IMG/VR virus record: IMGVR_UViG_3300034073_004395
Length of the DNA: 64,000 bases
From: an uncultured virus (IMG/VR IMGVR_UViG_3300034073_004395)
Taxonomy: Duplodnaviria; Heunggongvirae; Uroviricota; Caudoviricetes
Reading direction: 5' to 3' (one strand)
Made by a program: the position numbers and the translations under genes. The notes beneath the pieces were generated by a model. That model had not been told where the DNA came from, made no database searches, and was given only the letters and a program-made list of their open reading frames with translations. Shown here in pieces: positions 29,991 through 38,815 of the stretch; positions within the stretch are counted from its first letter, which is position 1, and each line of letters begins with the position of its first letter.

Positions 29991-30671
29991 TCAAACGGCC
30001 ACAGTCGGCGCTTGTTGTCGGAAGTATTTTACGCTGCATCGGCAGTTCGCGCGGCATGCGCAGCGCTGTCCAGGAAGCGGCACGCTGCCAATGGGAATCA
30101 TGCCGCGAGCTGCATAGTCCAAGCAATCTTGACAATGCTTCGCTTGAGAATCAAGAATACGCCGCATCAAAGTGTATCCTTGTTTTTCTTGCCGAATACT
30201 AGCTCCTTCCCAGAAACTGCCGCGTACACTTTGAGCATATAAGCCGATGCGAGCAAGAGACTGGGCAACAGAAACGCGACCGCCCAGAAGGTCATTAGCA
30301 AAATTCTGTAGGTAAGCATATTCCACACGGAGACGCTGCCCGATGCGCCCCCAGTCGGTAGCCACCATTGTTTCGCGTCCGCCATTGCCGATGATTGCCG
30401 CTTGTACATGGACAAGCTTAAGCGCTTCCCTTACGCTTCCTTGCCATTGATCAAGCGTAATATCACCAGCGCTAAGCATACGTGTAAAACGCCGTAGCTC
30501 AGCGCCAAGCTTGTTAATTCGACCATCCACCAGTGCTTCCACTGCACGAGCGCTGAGAAAGCGTCCGTTAGCGCCGCGATACCGACCACTGATAGGGTCA
30601 TAACGCCAGGATGATTCGTCAAAACGAACAATGGCTTCAGAGAATTGAGAAAGATCATTGAGGCTGGACAT
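29991..30671 (-). CDS. Minor head morphogenesis protein (gpF/SPP1 gp7-like)
   Basis: HCQDC..PLPG..CRANCRC; directly after portal. Confidence 0.75.
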   Translation of the reverse strand: MSSLNDLSQFSEAIVRFDESSWRYDPISGRYRGANGRFLSARAVEALVDGRINKLGAELRRFTRMLSAGDITLDQWQGSVREALKLVHVQAAIIGNGGRETMVATDWGRIGQRLRVEYAYLQNFANDLLGGRVSVAQSLARIGLYAQSVRGSFWEGASIRQEKQGYTLMRRILDSQAKHCQDCLDYAARGMIPIGSVPLPGQRCACRANCRCSVKYFRQQAPTVAV

Positions 30672-32742
30672 CCTCTGCCTCCAGGATATCTTTGAAGCGC
30701 TCAGGCGCTTCTTCTTTCCATTGATTCAATGCAGCAGCGATGTCTTCTTCATCAATGAGAGAAGCTTCGTCAATATCAGCAAGAATTAGCCCACTTGTTT
30801 TTAGCGGCTCAATTGCGTCCGTTTTGCTACTAACCATTTTTGCAGGCCCTTTCCGTTCCGGGTCAGGATCGGCAGCACGTTTGCGACGCACAATTGTTTG
30901 ACGCTCTTCTTTGCTCATGGCTTGAGCTTTGGCCTGAGGGAGGCACTTAGGCTTGCCTTCTTTTTCTTCGCGAGCACCACAAGGCCCGAGAATTTCGCCG
31001 TTAGCGCCAATCCTCACCCATTTCTCTTTGAACCACTTGTCAAGATCATCGGCATGCAGCTCGCCTTCATCGCTTTTAAAAGCGCCGCTCAATGAACCAT
31101 GCTTTTTCTTGTACATTTGCTTGTACTGCTGTACGACATATCCACTTGCATATGCAGATGGCCACACTTTGAACTTAGCCTTGGCAGCACTCACTGCACG
31201 AGAATGAAGCTCTTTATCAGTAAAAGTTACGTCACCACGAATTTCTTCTAAATCACGAGGCAGAAAAAGACCTGCAGCGCTATCTTCTACCTCCCTGCTT
31301 CCATCCATAGGAAGAGTGCCATTCTCTTCGTTCATTGGATCGCGACCACCAGGCGGCACTGCCAAGCCACCCCGATTAGGGGTGGCTTCACTCATTTCTG
31401 GAGTGGGCATCTCATTGGCGCGTTCCACTGACGGATCGAGCGTAAGTTCCATGCTCCACTCAGAACCGCCGTAACGGGCATCCGCCACCTCTTTCGGCGT
31501 CAATACTCCCAGTTGGATGTAACGGCCATCTACAGCCGCCACGCGAGCCCTTACGTCGGCCATTTCGCGCTCATTCAGCTCGAACAATGGATTGAATGCG
31601 ATGCGCCACGAATCAGGCATTTCTCCCTTCGTTGGACCCTCCTTGCTCAGCATGATGTATTCAAGCAGCTTCTTCATTGGCCGCTTGAAATGGACGCTTT
31701 GATAGTCAGAAAGCATCTTTGCGAAATCACGCTCTTCGCTACGACCAGTGGAACCAAGACCACTTGGGCTTTCGCCAAACAGCACTGTATGGGGAATTTT
31801 GCTGGCACCAATAATATCTACGCGCAGCTTTTCAAGGATTTCTCCAATGCCACCAAAGTTACGACTAATGAATTCAAGCTCTTCTTTTTCAGCATCAATC
31901 GCGTAGCCGCGATAAATGCTCTTGCTCATATCGTTCACTTGCAAACGATCGCGAATGGAGCTTTCTTTGCCAGCAGCAAGCATTGCCGCCAAGCCCCTCA
32001 CTTTGTGAACAAAAATATCAAATTCAGTGAGAAGTGTGGCCGCCGAATTCAAGCCAGTCCAATAATGACGGAAGCTGTCATAAACAGTTTGCAAACTGCT
32101 CATGCCCCAGCCATAATTGCGCTGCCTCACGCGGTAAGGCAGCCAATCGCCATCAAAACGCAAAATCCTATCTTTATGAATATAAGTGAGCGTGGGTTCG
32201 TTAATTAAATCTCCAGAGATGATCTGATAATAAGTGGCTTTTGAATAGTCGTATAAGTTTTCCTCGTTGATAACTGGAGCAATTTGCCATCTATCAAGAC
32301 ATTCAATTTCTTCAATGCGACGGATGTTGCGTTTATCGACAGGCATGTAAGCGGGACGCCCATCGTCAATAAAGAGAAGTAGACAAGCACCCCCATAAAG
32401 GCGGGCGTTTTTGGCTGCGAGATTAAGGTGTTCGAGGATGTAGAGGTCTTCAATCGTTTGCTCAATGCCTTGCACTTCCTCGGCCCTTACGCCATCACCA
32501 CCGAACAACACTTTAAAGCCTTTCCTAGTGGCTTGATCGGCATAGATATCAACGATGCGACGAGGCAGCCATTCGCCGTAAAGATTTTCAAGCTCCTCCT
32601 GGGCAAGAAAAACAGTGGCAGTGGTCTTTGTGTACTGGGCCTTATCACGACCAGTTCCCATGCCAATCAGCACGTTTTGGAGGCCATCTGCGCGAATGCC
32701 GCCTGCGGTGGCATGCCCTAAATCAATTGCTTCGCCTTCCAT
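30655..32742 (-). CDS. Portal protein (DUF1073 family) with C-terminal extension
   Basis: ARLYGG..IHKDRILRF..IPHTVLFGESPSGL; C-terminal WPSAYASG/KWFKEKW domain. Confidence 0.88.
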   Translation of the reverse strand: MEGEAIDLGHATAGGIRADGLQNVLIGMGTGRDKAQYTKTTATVFLAQEELENLYGEWLPRRIVDIYADQATRKGFKVLFGGDGVRAEEVQGIEQTIEDLYILEHLNLAAKNARLYGGACLLLFIDDGRPAYMPVDKRNIRRIEEIECLDRWQIAPVINEENLYDYSKATYYQIISGDLINEPTLTYIHKDRILRFDGDWLPYRVRQRNYGWGMSSLQTVYDSFRHYWTGLNSAATLLTEFDIFVHKVRGLAAMLAAGKESSIRDRLQVNDMSKSIYRGYAIDAEKEELEFISRNFGGIGEILEKLRVDIIGASKIPHTVLFGESPSGLGSTGRSEERDFAKMLSDYQSVHFKRPMKKLLEYIMLSKEGPTKGEMPDSWRIAFNPLFELNEREMADVRARVAAVDGRYIQLGVLTPKEVADARYGGSEWSMELTLDPSVERANEMPTPEMSEATPNRGGLAVPPGGRDPMNEENGTLPMDGSREVEDSAAGLFLPRDLEEIRGDVTFTDKELHSRAVSAAKAKFKVWPSAYASGYVVQQYKQMYKKKHGSLSGAFKSDEGELHADDLDKWFKEKWVRIGANGEILGPCGAREEKEGKPKCLPQAKAQAMSKEERQTIVRRKRAADPDPERKGPAKMVSSKTDAIEPLKTSGLILADIDEASLIDEEDIAAALNQWKEEAPERFKDILEAEDVQPQ

Positions 32743-32816
32743 AACCAACGCTAATGGCTAAGTTGTATTGCTTTTAGTCTAAAAGCTGGATACATTGTCC
32801 GTAGAAGCTGGCCATT

Positions 32817-33320
32817 ATGGACTTCTTGGCTCCGCCACTGACTTTTGCATTCAGCGAAGACCAGCGGCAACGCGCTCGCGCTGAAGCATTTCGCAGACAA
32901 GCTCTCAATGAACAGCAGGGCAGAAAGGGTAGGAACAATGGAGCAGAGAATGGCGAATTAGCTCTGCGTCATCACTTGCTCGGCGCCGCAGGTGAAATGG
33001 CTGTAGCCGTCATGCTTGGCATGGAAGATAAGCTCTATCAAGAAACAGAAGCAAAACGCGGCTCCGCAGATCTCCCTCCCAATATTGATGTCAAAACTCG
33101 CTCTAAGCATTATTACGATTTAATCGTTCAGCTAGATGAAAGTCCAGATAAGATATTGGTGCTCGTCACAATTGAAAACCGCATTACGCTCATCCATGGT
33201 TGGATACAAGCTGCTGATGCCATGAAGGAACAATGGAAAAAAGATCCAGCAGGAGGACGCCCTGCATATTTCGTTCCGAAGACTGAGCTATTATCTTTAA
33301 GCACCCTAAAGGCGTTATGA
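32817..33320 (+). CDS. Hypothetical protein, PD-(D/E)xK-like
   Basis: GAAGEMAVA..AD..IDVKTR. Confidence 0.55.
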   Translation: MDFLAPPLTFAFSEDQRQRARAEAFRRQALNEQQGRKGRNNGAENGELALRHHLLGAAGEMAVAVMLGMEDKLYQETEAKRGSADLPPNIDVKTRSKHYYDLIVQLDESPDKILVLVTIENRITLIHGWIQAADAMKEQWKKDPAGGRPAYFVPKTELLSLSTLKAL

Positions 33321-34054
33321 CGAAAGATCCTCGGCGCTTTTACGTTTACGCATTCTTAAGAGAAAAAGACTCGGCGAATGGCAAGCGCATGAGCCCCTAT
33401 TACATTGGCAAAGGCAAGGATAATCGGGCATTTCGTAAACGTTATCGCGGAACTCGCCCACCAAAAGACAAGTCTCTGATTATCTTTATCCAAGAGGGGC
33501 TGACTGAAGAAGAAGCACTATCTCTTGAGCGATATTGCATTGCGCTTTATGGACGACTAGATCTTGGCACTGGAACTCTTCATAATCTCACCGATGGCGG
33601 AGAGGGTACTGTAACGCTTTCTCCTGAAATCAGGCGCAAATTATCGGAAGCGAGCAAGGGCCGTCGACATTCTGAAAAAACTAGGCGCAAGATGTCAAAA
33701 TCAAGATCCGGACCAGGTAACCCAAACTATGGGAAAAAGGGGATGCCTAGCAGCTTTAAAGGTCGCAATCACACCGAAGAGTCGAAACGTAAAATTTCCG
33801 AAGCAAAGAAAGGGCGCAAGCAATCACCAGAGGAGCGTCGCATGAGATCAGAATGCGCTCCGCCAAGGTATGAATATGAAGCAATCTCGCCTTCTGGTCA
33901 AGTTTTTATCGTGTATAACTTGGCCGCTTTTGCGCGAGAACATGGAATGAAGCAGCACAATCTTGCGTCGGTTGCTAGGGGCAGGATTAAACAGCACAAA
34001 GGGTGGAAAATTAAAATCTTGAAAAACTTGAGGCAAGAAAATGCTGAAGTGTAG
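33317..34054 (+). CDS. Free-standing GIY-YIG homing endonuclease with NUMOD3 repeats
   Basis: FYVYA..YYIGKG..R..E..NLTDGGEG; HSEKTRRKMS and HTEESKRKISE repeats. Confidence 0.85.
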   Translation: MTKDPRRFYVYAFLREKDSANGKRMSPYYIGKGKDNRAFRKRYRGTRPPKDKSLIIFIQEGLTEEEALSLERYCIALYGRLDLGTGTLHNLTDGGEGTVTLSPEIRRKLSEASKGRRHSEKTRRKMSKSRSGPGNPNYGKKGMPSSFKGRNHTEESKRKISEAKKGRKQSPEERRMRSECAPPRYEYEAISPSGQVFIVYNLAAFAREHGMKQHNLASVARGRIKQHKGWKIKILKNLRQENAEV

Positions 34055-35408
34055 CGATTTTGCCAAGCATGCCCTTGGCTTAACTCTCTATCCCAAACAG
34101 GCCGAATTACTTGACGACTTCTTTCGTCCTGGTATTTCAACTGCTATCTGGGCGCTTGGTAGACGCAGCGGCAAAAGCTTTCTTGCTGCGATTGCGTGCA
34201 TCTACATGTGCTTTGTATTAGAACAAGACTACAGAAGCCGAGTGAGAAAAGGCGAAAAGTGGTACATTGTTGCGGTAGCCAACTCGCAAGACCAGGCCCG
34301 CATCGCCCTAAATAATATTCGACAATTAATCCTTGAGAGTCCATTTGCTCAAGAAATTGTTCGCGAAACTGCGGACATTATTGAAATTAGTAATGGATGC
34401 GTATTCAAGGCAATTCCCACATCAGGAAGAGCCGCTCGTGGTCTTGCTTGCGCAGGCGCGGTATTTGACGAGCTGGCCTTCGCAACAGAAGGTGATGCAA
34501 ATAGCGGAGGAAGGGGAATCTATGACGCTATTTCTCCTTCAATTGCTCAATTCTCCGGCAAGGGGCGAATTCTTGAGCTTTCTTCTCCATGGTTGACGAC
34601 GGGTATTTTTCACGATCATTACAAAGAGGCCGCCTCGGGAAGATTCCCGTTCATGATTGCGGCAAACTATCCCACTTGGGAGATGAATCCAACCATCTCA
34701 AGAGACTTCCTTGATGCCGAAAGACAACGAGATCCCGACAAGTTTGCCGTAGAGTATGGAGCCCAGTTTGCTAGCAATCTTTCGGCGCTAGTCAATAGCG
34801 ATGTGATTGATGCTTGTATTGATGATCGCCGTGCAGCACTACCACCACGCCCTGAATTCCAAGGAGCTTACGTCCTTGCCCTTGACCCCGCCCGTGGTGG
34901 CGTTGGCCGTGACGACTACACTGCTTGTATTGTCCACTACGAAAATGGTACGTTAGTCGTAGACAAATTTCATTCTTTCGTGGCTGATTTTGAAATCAAT
35001 GGAAGAATGGAAGTGAATATCAATGCTGTGGAAGATTGGATTAAGGAACAACATCGTCTATATGTGTTTGACACGATTGTGATGGACCAATTCAATAGTG
35101 CTGGCACCATTCAAAGCTTGGCTAGCGACCTGCCCATTACAGAACTAACGTGGACAGTTAGTTCAAAGATGAAAGCTTTCAGCAAAATGCGAGAGCTTTT
35201 CAATGCGGGGCAAATTAATATCTATCGCCACGAAAAAGCTTTAATGCAGCTCAAAAACCTTACCGTCATCTATAAGCCCAGTGGACAGTGGAGTGTTACT
35301 GGCGGTAAAGCCACTGGTATTGACGACTTGGCATTTGCCATGGCCGGTGCCATTCTTGCCGCGAGTAAAGATGATGACATTGGTTGGATCGAAAGCTTAA
35401 TCTCCTAG
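34041..35408 (+). CDS. terL: Terminase large subunit
   Basis: GRRSGKS Walker A; VFDE Walker B; LSSP; ALDPA nuclease domain; C-term DDLAFA. Confidence 0.92.
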   Translation: MLKCSDFAKHALGLTLYPKQAELLDDFFRPGISTAIWALGRRSGKSFLAAIACIYMCFVLEQDYRSRVRKGEKWYIVAVANSQDQARIALNNIRQLILESPFAQEIVRETADIIEISNGCVFKAIPTSGRAARGLACAGAVFDELAFATEGDANSGGRGIYDAISPSIAQFSGKGRILELSSPWLTTGIFHDHYKEAASGRFPFMIAANYPTWEMNPTISRDFLDAERQRDPDKFAVEYGAQFASNLSALVNSDVIDACIDDRRAALPPRPEFQGAYVLALDPARGGVGRDDYTACIVHYENGTLVVDKFHSFVADFEINGRMEVNINAVEDWIKEQHRLYVFDTIVMDQFNSAGTIQSLASDLPITELTWTVSSKMKAFSKMRELFNAGQINIYRHEKALMQLKNLTVIYKPSGQWSVTGGKATGIDDLAFAMAGAILAASKDDDIGWIESLIS

Positions 35409-35439
35409 TATGATTTTCAAACAATAGTTCTGTCATGAA

Positions 35440-35703
35440 GTGACTTATTGCAAATTAACTATGCAGGAAACAAAGTTTCTTGTGGCCTTGCTGGAAAATG
35501 CTCCTACTAGCAAGCAAACTTCTCTTCAGCTTCTTGCTGCCGAACACTTATATATTCCTACATTGCTTCCCAAGCTTAAAGCTCATGCCAAGCGACTAAA
35601 AGAAGAGGAGCAACTGGAGCGCTCTTGGGAAGCGGAAGCCACTACTGACGACTACATGCCAGACCACGACGGGAGTGAAAGCTTAAGAGAATATGACGCC
35701 TGA
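35440..35703 (+). CDS. Hypothetical protein
   Basis: ORF track; follows a -10-like TATGAT. Confidence 0.5.
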   Translation: MTYCKLTMQETKFLVALLENAPTSKQTSLQLLAAEHLYIPTLLPKLKAHAKRLKEEEQLERSWEAEATTDDYMPDHDGSESLREYDA

Positions 35704-35727
35704 TCGTCGTCGTGTTATGATTTCAAA

Positions 35728-35876
35728 GCTTTCGCGAAGCACGCTGGCCGGCGTTTTAAAAGAACGGTATCGGGGGATGCTGTTCGTTGCCACAAAATGG
35801 AGCCAAGGCCATGGGCCGACCCATGGTTAAAAGCTGTGCAAAGGCGGATTGAAGCCCCGCCCTCAGCACCTTTGCT
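35728..35876 (+). ncRNA. Candidate multi-hairpin ncRNA / tRNA leader
   Basis: Extended -10 TGtTATGAT at 35713-35721; five consecutive stems. Confidence 0.45.
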
Positions 35877-35882
35877 CCTCAC

Positions 35883-35964
35883 GCCTCCATGGTGAAACTG
35901 GTAAACACAGCGGATTTAAGCTCCGCTGCCGAAAGGCTTGCAGGTTCAAGTCCTGCTGGGGGCA
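35883..35964 (+). tRNA. tRNA-Leu(TAA)
   Basis: Acceptor GCCTCCA/TGGGGGC; anticodon arm GCGGA-TTTAAGC-TCCGC; long variable arm; GGTTCAAGTCC T-arm; no encoded CCA. Confidence 0.92.
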
Positions 35965-35983
35965 TCATGCTAAGCTGAAAGAA

Positions 35984-36037
35984 CGTTCGCTCCAGCGATG
36001 GAGTGCATGACAATGCGGCAGGGAACGGGGCCGCATT
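35984..36037 (+). promoter_or_regulatory. Downstream-peptide (glutamine-II) riboswitch-like RNA
   Basis: P1 CGTTC/GAACG; P2 CTCCA-GCGA-TGGAG; pseudoknot AATGCGGC/GCCGCATT; precedes a YRG peptide; own promoter TGcTAAGCT. Confidence 0.75.
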
Positions 36038-36052
36038 TCATCGGGAACTCTC

Positions 36053-36172
36053 ATGAACCCACTTGCCCTGATCAAGCAGCAGCTTGAGAAAGCTGCTCGT
36101 CTACGTGAAGCCCAAATGGCTTCGCTCGTTTATCGCGGCGTTGCCTACGTGCCCAAGCCCCATTGGTTTTAG
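36053..36172 (+). CDS. DUF4278-type YRG small peptide (39 aa)
   Basis: MNPLALIKQQLEKAARLREAQMASLVYRGVAYVPKPHWF; below ORF-track cutoff; terminator at ~36197-36219. Confidence 0.8.
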   Translation: MNPLALIKQQLEKAARLREAQMASLVYRGVAYVPKPHWF

Positions 36173-36231
36173 CTAATGCCTTGGTTCTGAAGAGACGGGG
36201 AGCTAAGGCTCCCCTTTTTGTAGCTTGCCGG

Positions 36232-36993
36232 CTACATTGCCAGTTCCTTGATCCTTTGCAGTGGAACGGCGGCCACCTGCGGAACAATACTGTTTCCTAA
36301 TTGCTTAAGTCGGTCCACCCTATTGGATAGCCCATCATCTCCTCGACAAAGGACGGGGACAGATAGGTAGCTCCTCCATTCTGGGTTGAGCATTGGACTA
36401 CAATTGCCCCAGGGAGTCGTCCCTTCTCCGCCGCTTTCTGGTAGTTCACATTCGGGCCGCTGTCCTTGTAGTCCCTTGTTGTTGGCGTGGGCAATAATCC
36501 AAATACGCTCTCGACGGTGGCAGGCTCCCAAGTCACTTGCTGGAATAACTGCCCATTCTGCATCGTACCCTGCTTTGGCAATTTGAAAGAGGGTTTCTTG
36601 GAACGTTTCCCCGTTTTTGTGGGATAGTAAATTTCTAACGTTTTCAAGCAAGAGGAAGTCAGGTTGAAGCTCCCTAGCCAAACGGATGATTTCATAAAAC
36701 AACACACTTCGCTCTCCATCGTATCCTGCCTGTTTTCCTGCGACGCTAAGGTCTTGACAGGGGAAACCTGCAGTAATGAGAGAAAGTCCGTTTGGACAAA
36801 GTGGTGCGATGTCTTCCGCTGAGAGCGAACGAACGTCCGTGAAGATAGGCGTATTGGGCCAGTGCTTGCGAAGCACTCTCCTGCAAGGCTCGTCTGAATC
36901 ACAGAAGGCAATGGTCTTGAAACCACCGACAAGTTGCTCGGCTGCATAGCTGAAGCCTCCTATGCCAGAGAAGAGATCTAGAACCGTAAGCAT
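36232..36993 (-). CDS. C5-cytosine DNA methyltransferase, alpha chain (motifs I-VIII and X)
   Basis: DLFSGIGG, GFPCQ, LENV, HRRERIWIIA, LGNS. Confidence 0.92.
   Translation of the reverse strand: MLTVLDLFSGIGGFSYAAEQLVGGFKTIAFCDSDEPCRRVLRKHWPNTPIFTDVRSLSAEDIAPLCPNGLSLITAGFPCQDLSVAGKQAGYDGERSVLFYEIIRLARELQPDFLLLENVRNLLSHKNGETFQETLFQIAKAGYDAEWAVIPASDLGACHRRERIWIIAHANNKGLQGQRPECELPESGGEGTTPWGNCSPMLNPEWRSYLSVPVLCRGDDGLSNRVDRLKQLGNSIVPQVAAVPLQRIKELAM
36297..36947 (-). CDS. Overlapping alternative-frame beta chain of the C5 methyltransferase (start uncertain)
   Basis: LLPTPTTRDYKD and LSPSFVEEMMGYPIGWT (motif IX, missing from alpha); EcoHK31I-like layout. Confidence 0.7.
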   Translation of the reverse strand: MQPSNLSVVSRPLPSVIQTSLAGECFASTGPIRLSSRTFVRSQRKTSHHFVQTDFLSLLQVSPVKTLASQENRQDTMESEVCCFMKSSVWLGSFNLTSSCLKTLEIYYPTKTGKRSKKPSFKLPKQGTMQNGQLFQQVTWEPATVESVFGLLPTPTTRDYKDSGPNVNYQKAAEKGRLPGAIVVQCSTQNGGATYLSPSFVEEMMGYPIGWTDLSN

Positions 36994-36996
36994 GCC

Positions 36997-37399
36997 TCAG
37001 GATCGCTGAAGACACTCCACTGTATCGCGCACCGACTCGTTCGGCAAGCCCCTGTTCCAATGACGCCAAGCATTGGCAACAATAGCAATATTTGTAATCA
37101 AATAAGAAGCAAAAATAAACGTGCGGACAATTGCGATTGTATCTGCTTCGCGATTATGCTTCCCCGCCTTCTCCCCCAGCGCCTTTGCCCAGATTCTCCA
37201 CATTTGCTTCTTGCCGATGAATGTAAGATTTTAGTTCATGAAGATAAGTCCTAAGCATGGCGGCTTTCTCTAAATGCCACGGGTCGTGACAGGTAAGATA
37301 CAAAGCCATGTGGGCATCTATGGCTTTAAGAATATTATGAATGGGAGCGTTCCATGGCTCCCTGATGGGCGTATTAAACGTGCGTCTTTCTTGAGTCAC
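36997..37399 (-). CDS. Two small hypothetical proteins (36997-37203, 37154-37399)
   Basis: MWRIWAKALGEK..IVANAWRHW and TPIREPWN, overlapping small genes. Confidence 0.6.
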
Positions 37400-37931
37400 G
37401 GAAGTAATCCTTCACCCTCTCAAACTCTACTGGAGAAAAGTCATTCACTTCTAGGCAACAGTTGAAATAACGCTTATCAATCTGTCCATTGTCATCCAGA
37501 ATACGATGGCAATGCAAATGGCCATGTACATTGCCTGTGTAATGCCCAGAAAGACACGATGGATGTACAGGGATGTGCGTAAAAATTAAGCCACCAGGAA
37601 ACGTGCTGTCACAAGGATGGAAGAATGCTCCTCTCACGTCTTCAAAATATGGCAAATAGTCTTTTAATGCGCCTTGGTCATGGTTGCCACGAATGAGAAT
37701 CTTCCTTCCATTGAGACGAGAAAGAAGCTTTAACGATGCACGAGGAATAACCACATCACCAAGATGGTAAACAGTATCACGCTTGCCTACTTTTGCGTTC
37801 CATCGCTCAACAATCGTTTCGTCCATCTCTTCGCACGATGCAAATGGACGCAATGGCTCGCCATCGGGGCGAGCAAAATCAATCATCTTCGCGTGACCGA
37901 AGTGAGTGTCGCTTGTGATGAAGGCGCTCAT
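37374..37931 (-). CDS. Calcineurin-like metallophosphoesterase
   Basis: SDTHFGH, LGD, GNHD, THIP, HGHLH. Confidence 0.9.
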   Translation of the reverse strand: MSAFITSDTHFGHAKMIDFARPDGEPLRPFASCEEMDETIVERWNAKVGKRDTVYHLGDVVIPRASLKLLSRLNGRKILIRGNHDQGALKDYLPYFEDVRGAFFHPCDSTFPGGLIFTHIPVHPSCLSGHYTGNVHGHLHCHRILDDNGQIDKRYFNCCLEVNDFSPVEFERVKDYFRDSRKTHV

Positions 37932-38391
37932 TTCTCTTTGCTCCGCATGTGCTCGATAGCGGCATCAATAGCGGCACTTAATTTACAGCCCGTCACTTGT
38001 CCGCCTTTCCCAATATTGATAACGTAAGAATCCTCTCCTTGTATTTTGATGGCTTCTTCTATTGCTGCCACTCCCATTGCAATGATGGTGCCGGTGCTTA
38101 CATTCAGTCTTCTTGCAAGATATTTGAGAACTGTTTGCAAATCTTCACCAACGTCATACGTGGCCGCACGAGGCGATGGTTTGAACATTATTTATACTCG
38201 CCTACCACGCAAGTTTTTACAAATGGCCGCTCAAGACTTTCAATTAATTTGATTGTCCATTCTTCGGCTTCATTTAAATCGTTAAACACGTTACGAAAAT
38301 TCCACCACCAAAGCTCTTTTTCCTGCACTTCATACATGGGCCTCCGTGGATCTAATATTGAAGGCTTTTGGACGATGCGAAACCGTGCCAT
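37928..38391 (-). CDS. Two small hypothetical proteins (37928-38188, 38188-38391)
   Basis: Coupled start/stop codons. Confidence 0.5.
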
Positions 38392-38419
38392 GGTTCAATG
38401 GACAAGAAAGCTCATCATA

Positions 38420-38489
38420 GGACAGCCCCAGGAATCGAACCTGGCATTCTGGGCTATCTGCCCAACGTGTACCACAACACTTAACCGTC
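38420..38489 (-). tRNA. Degenerate tRNA-like element (anticodon position GAT, Ile-like)
   Basis: Perfect T-arm CCAGG-TTCGATT-CCTGG; D-arm GTGT/ACAC; anticodon arm TTGGG-CAGATAG-CCCAG; wobble-rich acceptor; non-canonical A8 and A33. Confidence 0.5.
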
Positions 38490-38766
38490 AGGGCCCCTCC
38501 TGTTTGTGCATCATCCCTAGAGACCATATTGTTGGCGCCAACAAAATGGTCTCCGTCTGGGAGCTAAGCATGGAGGGGAGTGATGGGACAAGCGTGACTG
38601 GCCTACCGACAATCGAGTTGTGAGTTATCCAAACAGAGGCTTGCCCTCTATCAAAACGCAAGCCAGGAAAGGCACTCCACAACCAACGGTGGACCTCAGA
38701 ACTGGCTGCACACTGCCGACAGAGCAGCAGTGGTGGTGGCCCGATGCAAAGCAGAGCGGGAACTCA
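38490..38766 (-). ncRNA. Candidate large structured ncRNA upstream of the tRNA-like element
   Basis: Extended -10 TGcTATGCT at 38770-38778; closing stem GAGTT/AACTC; many internal helices. Confidence 0.5.
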
Positions 38767-38815
38767 ACAAGCATAGCAAAAGGCGCCCTGAAAGGCGCCC
38801 TGCATTAAAAATGTA

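Noticed and set aside
35843..35870. tmRNA-like 3' end
   Set aside because: No TTC T-loop, no matching 5' acceptor strand and no tag ORF
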